Below, piece by piece: positions 10,010 through 22,754 of a DNA stretch of 64,000 bases (position 1 is the first letter of the stretch; every line of letters begins with the position of its first letter). This stretch comes from a virus: the IMG/VR virus record IMGVR_UViG_3300042508_000910, one strand, 5' to 3'. Made by a program: the position numbers and the translations under genes. A model generated the notes under the pieces. The model was given only the letters and a program-made list of their open reading frames with translations. It did no database searches and was not told the origin of the DNA.

Positions 10010-10146
10010 ATTTTATGAACCAAAAATTCTTTGAATATTTTGTAATCATTCTTGGCGTAATCGCTAATATTGTGCTGATTATCAACGCTATACATCATTG
10101 GTAGAAATACCTTGACGCTAATTTAAAATTCATTTAAATTCAATAT

Positions 10147-12351
10147 ATGAAATTAATCGAAAAACCAATCAATGTAGTCGAGTCTGATAGTTTTGAGTCC
10201 GTAAGTTTTGGAATCAAACAATCTGGACTTCCTTATATCTTTAACATCCTTCGCAATCAGTTGTATTCTAACAAGCCTCTAGCAGTTTTGCGTGAGATCG
10301 CTTGTAATGCACAAGACGCTAATATCGAAGCAAATAGCAAGCGTTCTATCGAAGTTAAACTTCCTACAAAACTCGACCCTACTTTGACTATCAGAGATTT
10401 TGGTAATGGTCTTTCTGCTGATGATATTAAAAATCTTTATTGTTTTTATGGTGAATCCACAAAGCGTAATAACAATTCTGCTATTGGTTATTATGGTATT
10501 GGTAAGTTTGCACCATTCAGCTATGGTGATAACTTTGTTTTGATTTCTTTCCACAAAGGAGTTAAGACTACTTACAACGCTTTTATTGATGAGACTAAAA
10601 TCGGTAAGATTGTAAAGCTCAAAGAAGAAAAATCTTCCGAGCCTTCTGGCGTTATGATTTCTGTGCCTATTCGTGAAGATGATACTCAAACCTTTTTGAA
10701 TACTGCAATTAGTTTGTTCAAACACTTTAAGAATAAGCCAGTTATCAAAGGTGCAAGCAAAGACGAACTAGCAAAAGTCTATGATCGCAAGCCAGTATTT
10801 GAAGGCAAATCTTGGCGTTATTATGCCGAAAAAGGTGATTATTATAGTCGCTCTAACTCTGTCGCAGTAATGGGCGTTGGATACTCTATTGATACTAGCG
10901 ATGTAGATTTCAAAGATGACGAGTTGGAAAGTCTTTGCAATCAAGGTTTTGAAGTAGACTTTGATCTTGGCGAACTAGATATTACTGCAAGCCGTGAAAG
11001 TCTTGAATATACCGATAAGACCAAGAAAGCTATCAAAGCTAAATTCAAGAAAGTAAAACAAGAGATTGCAGAATCCATTTCAAATCAATTCAAAGCATCT
11101 GACAATATCTTTGATGTTAAGTGTTTGTTCCAAGAAGTATTTGGAACTCACGGCAGTTTAGGCTATATTGTTCGTAGCTCTTTGAACAATAAGATTCAAT
11201 GGAATGGCAAAGTTATCAACGATCATATCATTCCGTTCAATAAAACTATCATAGACAAAGTGTGTGCTGGTGAAGTTGTAGTGAGATTTTATCAGAAGTC
11301 TCGCAGAAGCACAAAACTCGTTTCAGAAGCGGAAGATTCTAGAATCATTTGTGAGAAGTCTCACAAGATTTTAATTAATGATACTGGTTCTACGCAAGGT
11401 GTGACCTTCCGTTTGGCAACACTTTGGAATCAATTAGGTGATGAGATTGATGGTGCTTATGTTATCACACCTAAAACTGATGCTGATAAAAATATATTTG
11501 ATAAGCAACTTGGTCTTGTAGAAAAGAATTATCTCAAACTTTCTGATTACGAAAAGATTAGTATTCAGCAAGTTAGCTCTGGTAAATCATCTGTTGCTCC
11601 GAAGAATCCAAAACATTCTTCTCAAATCTTTAAATTTAAGCGTGATGATGCTCGTAATTGGGGAACAAATTCTAATAATTGGGAGACTATGGCTATGGAT
11701 TTAGCTAATGATACCGCTATCTATGTAGAGATCAGCAACTTCCAAGCTCAAGGCAAAGAACACGAATTTAGAAATGGAACTTTAAAAGATATTCTTGAGA
11801 AGTATGAAGAACTTACTGGCGAGAAACTTCCAGAAGTTTATGGAATCAAATCTAAAACTTTTGAATCCAAGAAAAAGGTTATTACTAAAAATAAAAATCT
11901 TACAAATCTTTGGAAATATCTTGAGGATGGAATCCGCAAGGAGTATTCTAAACTATCACAGCAAATCACAGACAACAATCATTGGGACAAGCACAACAAA
12001 GAAGATAATAATTTTGCTGATCTTGTTCAAGAGATGCACAAGAAAGGTTTGCACGAACTTATTGAAAATACAAATTCAGAGTTTGCTCAATACTTAAGTG
12101 CGGTTATGTTCTATGCAAAATCGAACTTCAAGAAGGTTGGTGAAGCTCTTGAGTTTTTAAAATTGGCCGAAATTGAAATTAAATTCGATATGGTCAATCC
12201 AAGTTATAATTTGGATACTCTATTAAAGAATATTCAAGGCAGATATGAATTGCTAGATGTATTTGTCCCTCATACTTATGGGTGGCATTACAACAGCAAG
12301 CAACAACTAACAAAGATTTTAAATTACATAAATCTTATTGACAAAAACTAA
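10147..12351 (+). CDS. rIIA: RIIA-like protein (GHKL ATPase N-terminus)
   Basis: LYSNKPLAVLREIACNAQDA, IRDFGNGL, YGESTK, GIGKFAPFSY and LDITASRESL; adjacent to rIIB. Confidence 0.88.
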   Translation: MKLIEKPINVVESDSFESVSFGIKQSGLPYIFNILRNQLYSNKPLAVLREIACNAQDANIEANSKRSIEVKLPTKLDPTLTIRDFGNGLSADDIKNLYCFYGESTKRNNNSAIGYYGIGKFAPFSYGDNFVLISFHKGVKTTYNAFIDETKIGKIVKLKEEKSSEPSGVMISVPIREDDTQTFLNTAISLFKHFKNKPVIKGASKDELAKVYDRKPVFEGKSWRYYAEKGDYYSRSNSVAVMGVGYSIDTSDVDFKDDELESLCNQGFEVDFDLGELDITASRESLEYTDKTKKAIKAKFKKVKQEIAESISNQFKASDNIFDVKCLFQEVFGTHGSLGYIVRSSLNNKIQWNGKVINDHIIPFNKTIIDKVCAGEVVVRFYQKSRRSTKLVSEAEDSRIICEKSHKILINDTGSTQGVTFRLATLWNQLGDEIDGAYVITPKTDADKNIFDKQLGLVEKNYLKLSDYEKISIQQVSSGKSSVAPKNPKHSSQIFKFKRDDARNWGTNSNNWETMAMDLANDTAIYVEISNFQAQGKEHEFRNGTLKDILEKYEELTGEKLPEVYGIKSKTFESKKKVITKNKNLTNLWKYLEDGIRKEYSKLSQQITDNNHWDKHNKEDNNFADLVQEMHKKGLHELIENTNSEFAQYLSAVMFYAKSNFKKVGEALEFLKLAEIEIKFDMVNPSYNLDTLLKNIQGRYELLDVFVPHTYGWHYNSKQQLTKILNYINLIDKN

Positions 12352-12372
12352 AAAAGGAGTAAAACTATAAAT

Positions 12373-13287
12373 ATGAAGATACCATATATATTAACTGATC
12401 GTAGTCTTACTATCGTTCTTAACGATGAGCCAAAGACTATTACTAGCGAAAATCCAGTTTGGAATGACGCTATCACCGCAATTCGTGAGGGCAGATTTGA
12501 TGACCTTACAGAAATTCTAGACAAGAGCAAAGCTATCGCACGATTCTCTCACGGCAAGATCGAGGTTCGTGATGGTCTTGTGACTTATGCTGGCGAGGAA
12601 ATTCATAATATTGTTGTAGATCGCATCTTAAACTTTATTAAGAATGGTTTGCCTTATGAGCCTCTTGTTAAGTTTCTTGATAAGCTAATGCAAAATCCTT
12701 CTCGCAGGGCAGTAAATGAATTGTATAAATTCTTAGAGCATAAGAAAATGCCTCTTACTCCCGATGGCGATTTCCTTGCGTATAAGAGTGTTCGTGCAGA
12801 TTTTACCGATTGGTATAGCGGTCAGCACGATTTCTCTATCGGACAGGTTCGTGAGATGGCTCGCAATCAAGTTTGCGATAATGCAGATGTTGGTTGTTCT
12901 GCTGGTTATCACGCTGGTTCCGAAGAATATGCAAAGAGCTTCAATGGTGGTGGTAATCTTGTGATAGTTAAGATTAACCCTGCTGATGTTGTATCTGTTC
13001 CAACAGATTGCGAATGTCAGAAACTTCGTGCATCTCGTTTAGAGGTAGTAGCTTTGTATCGGAAAGCTCTAGACAAAGAACTTTATGATAAGGTTTATGA
13101 TAATTATATTCATCCTTATCGTCCAGAGGCTCAAGAAGCTATGAATGAGATGTTTGGATATGATGATGAAGATGATTACGAGGATGATGAAGATGATAAT
13201 GATTACGCCAATGATGGCACTTTGCAATCCTCTGTTAATTATCACAGCAAGCGTGACCCAAAGACAGGGAGATTCATTAAAGGCTAA
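12373..13287 (+). CDS. rIIB: RIIB-like protein
   Basis: NPSRRAVNELYKFL, LTPDGDFLAYKSV, CSAGYH and VKINPADVVSVP. Confidence 0.88.
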   Translation: MKIPYILTDRSLTIVLNDEPKTITSENPVWNDAITAIREGRFDDLTEILDKSKAIARFSHGKIEVRDGLVTYAGEEIHNIVVDRILNFIKNGLPYEPLVKFLDKLMQNPSRRAVNELYKFLEHKKMPLTPDGDFLAYKSVRADFTDWYSGQHDFSIGQVREMARNQVCDNADVGCSAGYHAGSEEYAKSFNGGGNLVIVKINPADVVSVPTDCECQKLRASRLEVVALYRKALDKELYDKVYDNYIHPYRPEAQEAMNEMFGYDDEDDYEDDEDDNDYANDGTLQSSVNYHSKRDPKTGRFIKG

Positions 13288-14005
13288 ATGAAATTTGGAA
13301 TAGAAATTCCGTTAAGCAGAGATTGGTGGTTGGGTAAGCAAACTACAATCGGAGTGATCTTACCCGCCACTACTCTTGGTTATTCTGAATATACAGATCG
13401 TTTACTAGCATCTTTGGACGATGATACTAAATGGTTTGGATTTAAATTAAATTTAATGACCAACATTTCATTTGAATCATACGAATATGGAAAAATCTTT
13501 ACATTTGCTATACTTGGATTAGGATTTAGAATAACTAGATACAATATACAAATGAATCCATTTGTAAATGAAATAAAATTATGAGTGAAGAAAATTTTAA
13601 TTGCCAAGCTGGAAATCAGTTGAGACAAATCTTATACAAGGATATTGTAAGATATGCTCACGAAAGCGATATGACCGCTTATCAAGTTATTGGCGTATTA
13701 GAATCTTTGAAGTTTGATTTATTAAATGCTATGCAAACTCTCGCAAAGGAGGATGAAGAAGATGAAATCTAATCGTGGTAGAAAAAAAGGTTCGTTTTGT
13801 TTCTCAATGGTTCCGTTAAGTGAACTTAACAAAGTATTGAAGCAAGATGCAGTTGTTATCGTATCAAAGAAATTCCTCGACAATTTAAATATAAAAGGAA
13901 TTGAAAAGGAAGTCAATACTAAAACATATCAGAGTTTAGAAGAACAGATTGAGTTTCAAGTAAATTAAACTTGATCTTACTATCAACTTCGTATATAAAA
14001 AGCGT

Positions 14006-14941
14006 ATGACAAAAGAAAACTATTCTGAAATCATTGGACAAGATAAAGTAAAGAAGAAGTTGAATTTTCTTTTAGATGGCTACTCTAAAAGCAAGATTAT
14101 GCCTCATCTTCTTTTTGTTGCACCTAGAGGATGTGGTAAGACCCTTATTGCTCAAAAGACAGCAGAGATTATGCAAAGAGGACAAACGATTCTTGTTAAT
14201 TGTTCTACTATTAAAAATGTTAAGCAATTCCTTAATCAAATTATGCTTCCTTATGTTTATAACAAAGATGCAGTAATTATTTTTGATGAAGCAAGTGAGT
14301 TGCCTAGAGATGTCACTATGGCACTTCTTACCATTCTTAACCCTAATCAAAATAATTCTAATGAATTTACTTTTGATGATGGAACTTATACCTTTCACTT
14401 CAACTTAAACTCTTTTATCTTTTGCACTACCGAAGCTCAAAAGATTTTTCACGCACTTCTTGATCGTCTATATAGAGTTGATCTTGAGGACTATTCTTAT
14501 ATTGATCTTGGTAAGATTATCAATAACAATCTTAAATTAAAAAATCAATCTATTAAAGAAGAAATCTTAAATGAGGTTGCTAGTGTTTGCCGTGGTAATG
14601 CTCGCCAAGCTCAATCTATGGCAAATCAAGTATCCTCGTATTTGGTTTCTAAAAATTCCAAAGAACTAGATAAAAACGGCTGGAATGAAATCAAGGATAG
14701 TTTGTCTATCTATCCTCTAGGTTTATCAGAACTTGAATTAAATGTAATTAAAATTCTTAAAGATCACGGCGAGATTAGACTTACCAACCTTTCTGCAAAA
14801 ACTAATCTTACAAAAGATATGTTGCAAAAGAATGTTGAGCTATATTTAATTCGTCATTCTTTGATTGAGATTCGTCCTACTGGTCGTGCTTTGACTAAAA
14901 AAGGACACGATTATCATAAGGAGCATCTTGAAAAGAATTAA
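14006..14941 (+). CDS. ruvB: RuvB-like AAA+ ATPase
   Basis: IIGQ, APRGCGKT (Walker A), IIFDE (Walker B), ALLDR, RGNAR, and C-terminal PTGRALTKKG. Confidence 0.78.
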   Translation: MTKENYSEIIGQDKVKKKLNFLLDGYSKSKIMPHLLFVAPRGCGKTLIAQKTAEIMQRGQTILVNCSTIKNVKQFLNQIMLPYVYNKDAVIIFDEASELPRDVTMALLTILNPNQNNSNEFTFDDGTYTFHFNLNSFIFCTTEAQKIFHALLDRLYRVDLEDYSYIDLGKIINNNLKLKNQSIKEEILNEVASVCRGNARQAQSMANQVSSYLVSKNSKELDKNGWNEIKDSLSIYPLGLSELELNVIKILKDHGEIRLTNLSAKTNLTKDMLQKNVELYLIRHSLIEIRPTGRALTKKGHDYHKEHLEKN

Positions 14942-17900
14942 AGTAAAAAGTAATCGTGGAACTCCAATGGAAATCGTATCATACGATTCAGTTTCAAAAC
15001 TATTCTATTGCTTTATTCCTCACCTAGATATGACTTTGAGTATTCATCCTTCTGCTCTTGACATTGACGCAAAAAGGCTAGATACTCTTAAACAGGAGAT
15101 GAACAATGAAAAAGAAACAAATTGATAAAATTGATTTAATTATTCAAGACATTCTTGATCTTCAAGAGTCTATTGATTTTGATACGAGTGAAACATCAGA
15201 GTATGATTTAGATTCTGCTGTTGAGACTTTAATGCACCTTAAAGGGCAATTACTTTGTCAAGAAGGAGAACCAGAGAAAGTTGATTTAAACGATCTATGA
15301 AGTTGCATCCTAAAATAAAAATGATTTGTGAAGAATTTGGCGATTCCTATGAATGGATTGAGAGCGATGAGAGTCTATTTATTAAATTGTCTAATAGATT
15401 TGTGGATGTAGTAAAAGATCGTCTTGCAAAATGTCCTTTGGAATTTCAAGATTCTCAAAAGGTTGGAGATAATTGTATTCTATGGTTTCGTTCAGCAGAA
15501 GAAAACGAACCAGTATATGATTTTGAAGATGAGGATGATGAATGAATATTTATGTAAGCGGTCACAACTGGTCAGCTAAAGTTGATATTGATACTAAATC
15601 AATAGATAAATCTGATTGGTATAGTGAGGCTTGCACAAGAGCAATAGAATGTCTTTTAGACCAAGAAGAAAAAGAGGGAGTTGATTTAAGGATTCACGAT
15701 TATGACGAGTTTGGTCTTGGAGTTATTTTATTGACATACGATGAAAAGAATATTAAAAATGAAGATGAACACCGAATACTTTTAACAAGTAATGTTCTTG
15801 CTAACGCTGGTCGTTGGGAAGAATACAAAGAAGTTAAAGCGTATGAGGATAAATGTAAGGAGGAAGGATTATGAATCAAGTTATAAACAATATTGTTTGG
15901 GAAAGTAATTCAAGAGTCAAGAACTCTGGACTAATTAATCCATCTAAAATCATTCAAAAGACTTCAACCGAGAAGTTTCCCGCTGGTAAGATTACTATTC
16001 GTTTGCATAATACTAGCAAACAAAATGTAAGTGGAACTGCATATTTTTATGGCAAGTTAAAAACATATAGTGGAGGAAATAGTTTTTCTGGCAATTATAA
16101 TTATGACTATGCAGATTGTAAGTTAATGGTTTCTTTCTATAAAGGTAAAGATGAATTTGTTTTTAATGGTGGTCTTTCTGAAACTTATTCTTTACAAGAT
16201 GTAGCTGATGCAATATCATATTGTAAGGAGATTCTAAATAAACTATGAACGAAAGAAAAACGCTAGACGAATTGATGCGGTCTTTTAGGTTTCACAAGAA
16301 TCCTATTTTAAATTGGATTTATAGTGAAGTTAATTATTTTTCTTATACTTATCTTAATGTTAAATGGGGCGTAAAAAATAAACTTCAAAACCTAATTCGT
16401 GGTTATTCTGATAGCGATTGTTGGAATCTTCCACAAGCTACGGCAAGATTTATTTTACCAAGAATTAAACATCTTCGTAAAAACTTTAATAGTCTTTCTA
16501 ATCGTCATCATCTCATTGTAGGTGACAAGATTGTTCCTTATGTTGCTGACGAAAAGAATCTAGAATATAGTCAAGAACACGGCGATTATATTGATAAATC
16601 AATTAATAAAAGTATTTCTCTTTCTAAAGAAGAATATGAGAATGTTTTAGATGAGATTATTTTTGCTCTTGAATTTCTTTTGCTTGAAGATGACCCTAAA
16701 GCACAGATTGATAAACTCTATGAAGTTTATCCATTAGGTTATGACCCTATTCGTGATAATAAGATGTTTTTAACAAAAGAATCTGATGGCAATTATTCTG
16801 TTGAGTTTGAATCAAAAGATAATGTCAAGCCAGATTACTCTAAATTAAATAAAGCCTTTGAGCGTCAAAGAAATGGTTTTCTTTTGCTCGGACTTTATTT
16901 TAGAGATTTATGGGATTAATTTATGAATGATTTATACGATATTTGGTTCACAAAAGAAGAATTAATTAAACTTGATGAGGCTTTGCACCATCTTAAAGAT
17001 CAAGACCCATCTCACTTTGATTATGAATCATTAATGTCTAAATTAGATCATCTAATAGAAAGAACAAAATGAACGGCGACTATACAAAAATACTATTACA
17101 GATTAAAGGCGTTTTACAAGGCATAGATCAATCTTTATATAACCTTGCAGAAAACTTTGATAAATTAACAAAACAAATTATAAAAGAAAATCAAGAAAAT
17201 GACAAGTGAACAATACGAGAATTGGGCTAATGAAAATGATATTTTTTTAAGTAAAGTTTATTATCGTATCAGAGTTAAAGACATTGGCCTATATATTTTA
17301 AATTCATATAAATTTAGATGGATTCCAAAACCTTTTGGTATCAAAAATAAATATTATATTGAATGTGGCTTTAATTGGTTAGGATGGATTTTGGAGTTTC
17401 AATGGAGCCGATAAAACCTAGATTTAAATTCTCTGACTTTGACCAATCCAAAGCAAAATTAATTTCAATGGATGGTGAAGTTATAGAGTTTGCCGATACT
17501 ACCCTTGTTGAGAAATACAAAGACCAAGTAGCCGAGTTATTGGATTTATTTTCTTACGATTATGATGAGGTTTTAATTACCGATGAATCTAAAATATCTG
17601 ATTTTGGCAAAAAGAATATCAATAAAAAGAAACTAGAAAAATTTAAGAAAAAGTATAAATTCAGCTTTACAAACGCTGATACTTTGAGTAAGATAGCAGA
17701 AAGGATGTATAATTACCGACCATTTTAAATTTATGAAATATACAATAACATCAAGAGATAAAGAAGCTATGGTAGAATTTGATTCTGTTAAAGAAGGAGA
17801 AGTTTTTTCTTTCTTTGACCCCGAATCAGTCCAAAGAGGTAATCATTCAATTTTTATGAAGATCAAGAATGGTTCAAATAATATTGTTAATCTTGACGAT

Positions 17901-18592
17901 GGAAAAGTATTTAACTTTACTGATAAAAAAAGAAATACAATTAATGATCCCGATGAACAAAGAGGCAATTTAGTTTATAAACTTAATGCCAAAATTAATA
18001 TCATAGTATAAATGAAAACAACCTATCATTACATAGATCAGATTAAAGATCAATACGGAAATCTTCTTTTTTCTTGGGGAGTCTACGAAAAGACGATTAC
18101 CCTAGAAAATATTGGAGAAAAGCCAAAGATGCTTGTTAAAATATTAAAGCAATTTGAATCCGTAAAAGATGCACAAAAATATTTAGATAAGTTGCTTGCT
18201 GTCAATGAATAAAGTAATTCGTTATATCAAAGAGCTTGAAGATGAGAAAGGCAAGCCTCTAAATAAATGGGCGGTGTATGAGGAGAGTTATACTCAAAAA
18301 GGTAATTGGGTTTTCCCAGATGCCAAGATTGTAAAGACTTTTGAAACTCCTTATCACGCAAGGAATTGGATGGAATATGACGGCAAAAGAACTTATTGAC
18401 TATCTTAAAACTTTATCGCCAGATACTCGTATATGTGTAAAAGGATACGAGGATGGTTTAGATTATGCAAGCGTAATTAGAGAAGCAAAAATTCTTAAAG
18501 ACGCAAATTCTGAATGGTATTATGGCAATCATCAAGAGGTATTAGACTTTGATTCTCAACGCTTTGACGAAATTGTTTGGATTATTCAATAA
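14928..18592 (+). other. Cluster of short, tightly packed hypothetical phage ORFs
   Basis: Contiguous 60-224 aa ORFs with overlapping stop/start codons; no recognisable motifs. Confidence 0.7.
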
Positions 18593-18632
18593 TTTTCTTT
18601 GACTTAATTTAAATTTAAATTATATTTGATCT

Positions 18633-19310
18633 ATGGATACAACTAAACCAGATCAATTCTTTGCCACCTTTGACGAACTTCATCGTCACAAGGTCGAACC
18701 TTATAAGCAGTATTGGGAGAGCGTCAGACCCAAAACCGATGAAGATATTTTTAGGCGTTGGCTATTTGCCTTCTGCTCTGTTCATACAACTTGGAAAGGT
18801 AATATCAATGGTTATCTTGCGATTCGTGACTTTGTTTATTGGAAGCATAATCGCAAAGAACTTCTAAAGCGTCTTACTCGTTCTGGTGTTGGTTGTCAGA
18901 AAGAACGCACCGATTACATTTGGGACTTCTCAAAAGATTTCTGGCAGAATCCTAAAGACTTCTCTTGCCCACAAAAGAGAAACCGATATGTTTCTGTTCG
19001 TGATAATCTTGTAGAGCGTATTCGTGGACTGAGTTATGCGAAGGTCAGTTTTAGCTTTGAGATGATTGACCCTCTCTTTGCTAGAGTTTTATGCGGTGAT
19101 GTTCACCATCTTCGCTTCTATGGTATGCAAGATTTAAAATACACAAAATCAAAAGTAGGTGTTGCGAAGTATAAAGCTATGGAACAACATTGGATGGAAA
19201 ATTGTCAGAGATTAAATGTCCCATCCTATATCGCTCGTTGCATTATGTGGGATGAGATTCAGAAACAGCCAGATAGTGATTATTGGGGATATGTTCTTAA
19301 GCCATTTTAA
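18633..19310 (+). CDS. HhH N-glycosylase/AP lyase (Ogg-like)
   Basis: LFAFCS..T, RDNLVERIRGLSYAKVSF (HhH with Lys) and CGDVHHLR, resembling Thermotoga/archaeal Ogg D.H.LR. Confidence 0.6.
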   Translation: MDTTKPDQFFATFDELHRHKVEPYKQYWESVRPKTDEDIFRRWLFAFCSVHTTWKGNINGYLAIRDFVYWKHNRKELLKRLTRSGVGCQKERTDYIWDFSKDFWQNPKDFSCPQKRNRYVSVRDNLVERIRGLSYAKVSFSFEMIDPLFARVLCGDVHHLRFYGMQDLKYTKSKVGVAKYKAMEQHWMENCQRLNVPSYIARCIMWDEIQKQPDSDYWGYVLKPF

Positions 19311-21065
19311 TATGAAAGCATCCTCTTATTTTACTGATGGTGAAATTGAATTGGCTATGGGTATTCTTGGCGATTTATTGACCAACAAAGAATTTCTAGA
19401 TGAAGTTTCAATAGCTCACGATGCTACTGATAAGTATTATAAATTGGTAGAAAAGATAGATGTTTATTTTAATGATATGAAAATTGAGGATTTAGAATAA
19501 TGAAACTAGAAGATTTAATTGATCGCAAGATTCTTTTTATTAATTATCCTATTAATAAATACGCAATTCAAGAGGGAAAAGTATCAGAGATTTCTCCCGC
19601 TAAAAAATGTATTAAGATTAATTCTGATTGGCACTTGATTGATAACATTCGTATCATAGAATTGTTTAAAGAAAATGAAAGACCAAAGCTAGGATTTGGC
19701 TTGCCAACAAAAGAAAAAGATGCAAAATAAAGATATGGAAAAAGCAATTCAACTACTAGACGAGCTTGTGTTTCAAGCTGATGAAGATTGTCCTCAAGAG
19801 TGTCGCACTAGACATTTTACGGATATTCTGCTCGAAGCAAGTGAATTTGTAAAGGAGTATAAAAACGAAAAATGAAACTAGGACGAGTTTGTTTAGATTT
19901 AAACTATATCGTAGATATGGATAATGAAGAAATGGTTAAACGAGCCTACGAATGTTTATATGAAGATTTGATGCAAGGCGTTAAGTATGGTAATATCGGT
20001 AATTGGATTGATGTCATTGAAGATAAGAACGCAAAAGAAGATATGATTCCAGAATTTTTATTGGAGAAAGAAAATGATTAATGGAGTAATTAAACATACC
20101 AATCCTAGAGATATGATTCTTGCAAACCTAAAGAAAGCATATCTCCAAGAAGATAATAAGACTCTTGTAGATCGTGTTATGGAATTTTATGTTCATCTTT
20201 CGGATTATGAGCTATGTCAAAGATATTCTGAAAAATTTGAGACAAACCCAAAATATATCGCAGAACAATTTGAATTTAATTTCTAATGTGTAATTAGACT
20301 TATGGGTAGGAAAAAGATAGAGAAATCTAGGTTTGAGAAGAACATAGAAAAAGAAGAAAAGACTTTTTCTGTTATGGCTAAAAAAATTGTTGATGCTATT
20401 AAAGACGAAAAATTTTTAAGAGAATTTACAAAACAATGTCTTGAAACGCTTTACAAAGATGACCCAAAGTTATTCGCAGATCATTCAAAATTAAAGTTGA
20501 AGAAAGATTAAATAGAATATAGTATATTTTATATGTCATCAATATCAATTCTTAAGGAACTTGTAAATTGGTATGAGAGTCGTGAAGAAATGCCAACAAA
20601 TAAACTTGAAGAAATCTATTTGGCATCTAAAAAACTTATCAAAGATATTGAAGAAGAAAATAGAAGGATTGCAGATTTATTAGGATAAAATTATGGAAAA
20701 CCCAAAAACATTAGTATCACACTTAAATAAAGACTTGGTTGATCTTGAAGATGATATCAAAGGATTAATCAAGTGGCACGAAGAAAATCATAAGCATATT
20801 GCTGGAGTTAATTGGAAAGAACTTGATAAGGTAGAAGGACTTGTAAAGAAATTAAAAAAACACTTTAAGAAGTGAACAATACTAAAGCAATCATAGTTTT
20901 CTTATTGGTATTTACTTTTGGATTTTTTACTGGTAAAAATATAAATAGAACCATCGAGGCATATAAAAGTATGAAAAGATGGGATAATATTTTAAAAATG
21001 ATGGAAGTGTATAAAGAAGAAGAAGATATAAAAAGAATGTTAAAGTCTTATTCTCCAGAGAGTAA

Positions 21066-21464
21066 ATGAAATATACTCCAGAATTAATTATGGAACTAGG
21101 CAGATATCAAATATTTGTATTTGGTTCTAATCTTGCTGGAAAACATAATGGTGGTGGAGCAAAAATCGCATTTGAAAAATTTGGTGCAATCTATGGGCAA
21201 GGTGTTGGTAGTCAAGGACAAAGCTATGCTATTCCAACATTAGGATTCAATTTTGAGAAAATCCCGCTTGCAGAGATAAGAACTTATATTGATTTATTCT
21301 TTAATTACGCTTATAATCACCCACAATATGAATTTCTTGTGACTAAAATAGGTTGTGGTATAGCTGGTTATCGTATTTCAGAGATCGCACCTTTGTTTCT
21401 TAATCCTTTTAAGAATATCATTCTGCCAGAAGAATTTGTTAAATATAATTTTAATCTTGCGTAA
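21066..21464 (+). CDS. Conserved phage protein, A1S_2505-like (macro-like fold)
   Basis: IFVFGSNLAGKHNGGGA...GQSYAIPT...VTKIGCGIAG. Confidence 0.75.
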   Translation: MKYTPELIMELGRYQIFVFGSNLAGKHNGGGAKIAFEKFGAIYGQGVGSQGQSYAIPTLGFNFEKIPLAEIRTYIDLFFNYAYNHPQYEFLVTKIGCGIAGYRISEIAPLFLNPFKNIILPEEFVKYNFNLA

Positions 21465-21493
21465 GAAGTAATATTAGTTTATATTTATTCTTT

Positions 21494-21913
21494 ATGAATT
21501 TCGGTAAGATTATTGAGGTAAGCTATGCTCTCATTAATAAGCATAATGCTGATCTTCGTTGCAGACATTTTAGTTTTATTATGGATAAAACGAGGATTCT
21601 TGCGATAGGTTTGAATAGTATGAAAACTCATCCTCTTAATCTTAAATACAATTATATTAATAAAAATAAAGAAAAGATTTCAAACATTGTTGGAACTCAT
21701 AGCGAATTAAGTGCTGTGATTAAACTTGGTGAGGAAGATTGTTCTGGATTAATTCTTGTAAATACAAGGATGAATAGAAATAATAAGTTAGATTATTCTG
21801 CTCCTTGTAATGGATGCTCTGATATGATTAAGCAATTAAATTTTAAAGAGGTATGGTATAGTAATGCTAATGGACTTTTTGAAAAATTAAATTTGACACG
21901 AAGCACAAACTAA
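21494..21913 (+). CDS. Zn-dependent cytidine/dCMP deaminase-fold protein
   Basis: HSE...PCNGC motif. Confidence 0.72.
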   Translation: MNFGKIIEVSYALINKHNADLRCRHFSFIMDKTRILAIGLNSMKTHPLNLKYNYINKNKEKISNIVGTHSELSAVIKLGEEDCSGLILVNTRMNRNNKLDYSAPCNGCSDMIKQLNFKEVWYSNANGLFEKLNLTRSTN

Positions 21914-21927
21914 TATAATATAAGTAT

Positions 21928-22194
21928 ATGGCATTAATCGAAAATGTTGCATTTGCTGTCCACGATGGCAGTTTAAGGAATATCTCTCCCAAGATTAGCA
22001 GAAATAGTGCTTGTCCTGTTAATTTTGACAAAAAATTCAAGCGTTGCTGTGGAGCAGAAGGCATTGACTATTGCAAAAAACTCTTGGAGAAAGAGATGGA
22101 GCAATTTAAGAAGATGGTTCCTACATTAGAGTCTGAAAAAAAAGCCGAGGAGAAAATTTTAAATGAACAATCTGCTGGACAAACTGAAAGCTGA
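21928..22194 (+). CDS. SEC-C-motif protein
   Basis: RNSACP...KKFKRCCG. Confidence 0.55.
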   Translation: MALIENVAFAVHDGSLRNISPKISRNSACPVNFDKKFKRCCGAEGIDYCKKLLEKEMEQFKKMVPTLESEKKAEEKILNEQSAGQTES

Positions 22195-22754
22195 TCTAGA
22201 AGTATATACTAAAAAGAAAGATCAGATTTCATCTGATACCCTTCGATTAGAAGGAATCTTGCTATATCTTCAATCAGAGATTAATAAAATTCTTCAAGAA
22301 AATATTGACAAACCAAATAATTAAATATAGAATATAATATTATGGCAATTAGACCCAAAACATACTTCGTTAAGATGACTGATAATACTGATGGCACATT
22401 TACCATCAGCGAGACAAAGGTTCTTGACAAGGTTAATCAACACGCTCGTCATTGGAGATCATTCGATAAGCGTAAATTGACCAGCAAGCTCCGTAATTCA
22501 GTTTTAGTGACGAAATAACTATAATAGGATTACATCCTTAAAGGTAATATACCTTTTCGGGTGTAATACTATATTCATATATGAGTCTACAAATAATAGA
22601 AGAACTAGCCCAAGAGAACAAGAAGCTCTTGGAGGAAATACAAGAGTTAAAAGCTATGATAGCTAATCTCAAGGAGAACAAGTCTGCCAGAAGAAGCTAA
22701 TCTGGCTTGACATTTTTCCCAATTTAAATTAATTTTAATTCAAGAGGACAAGTT

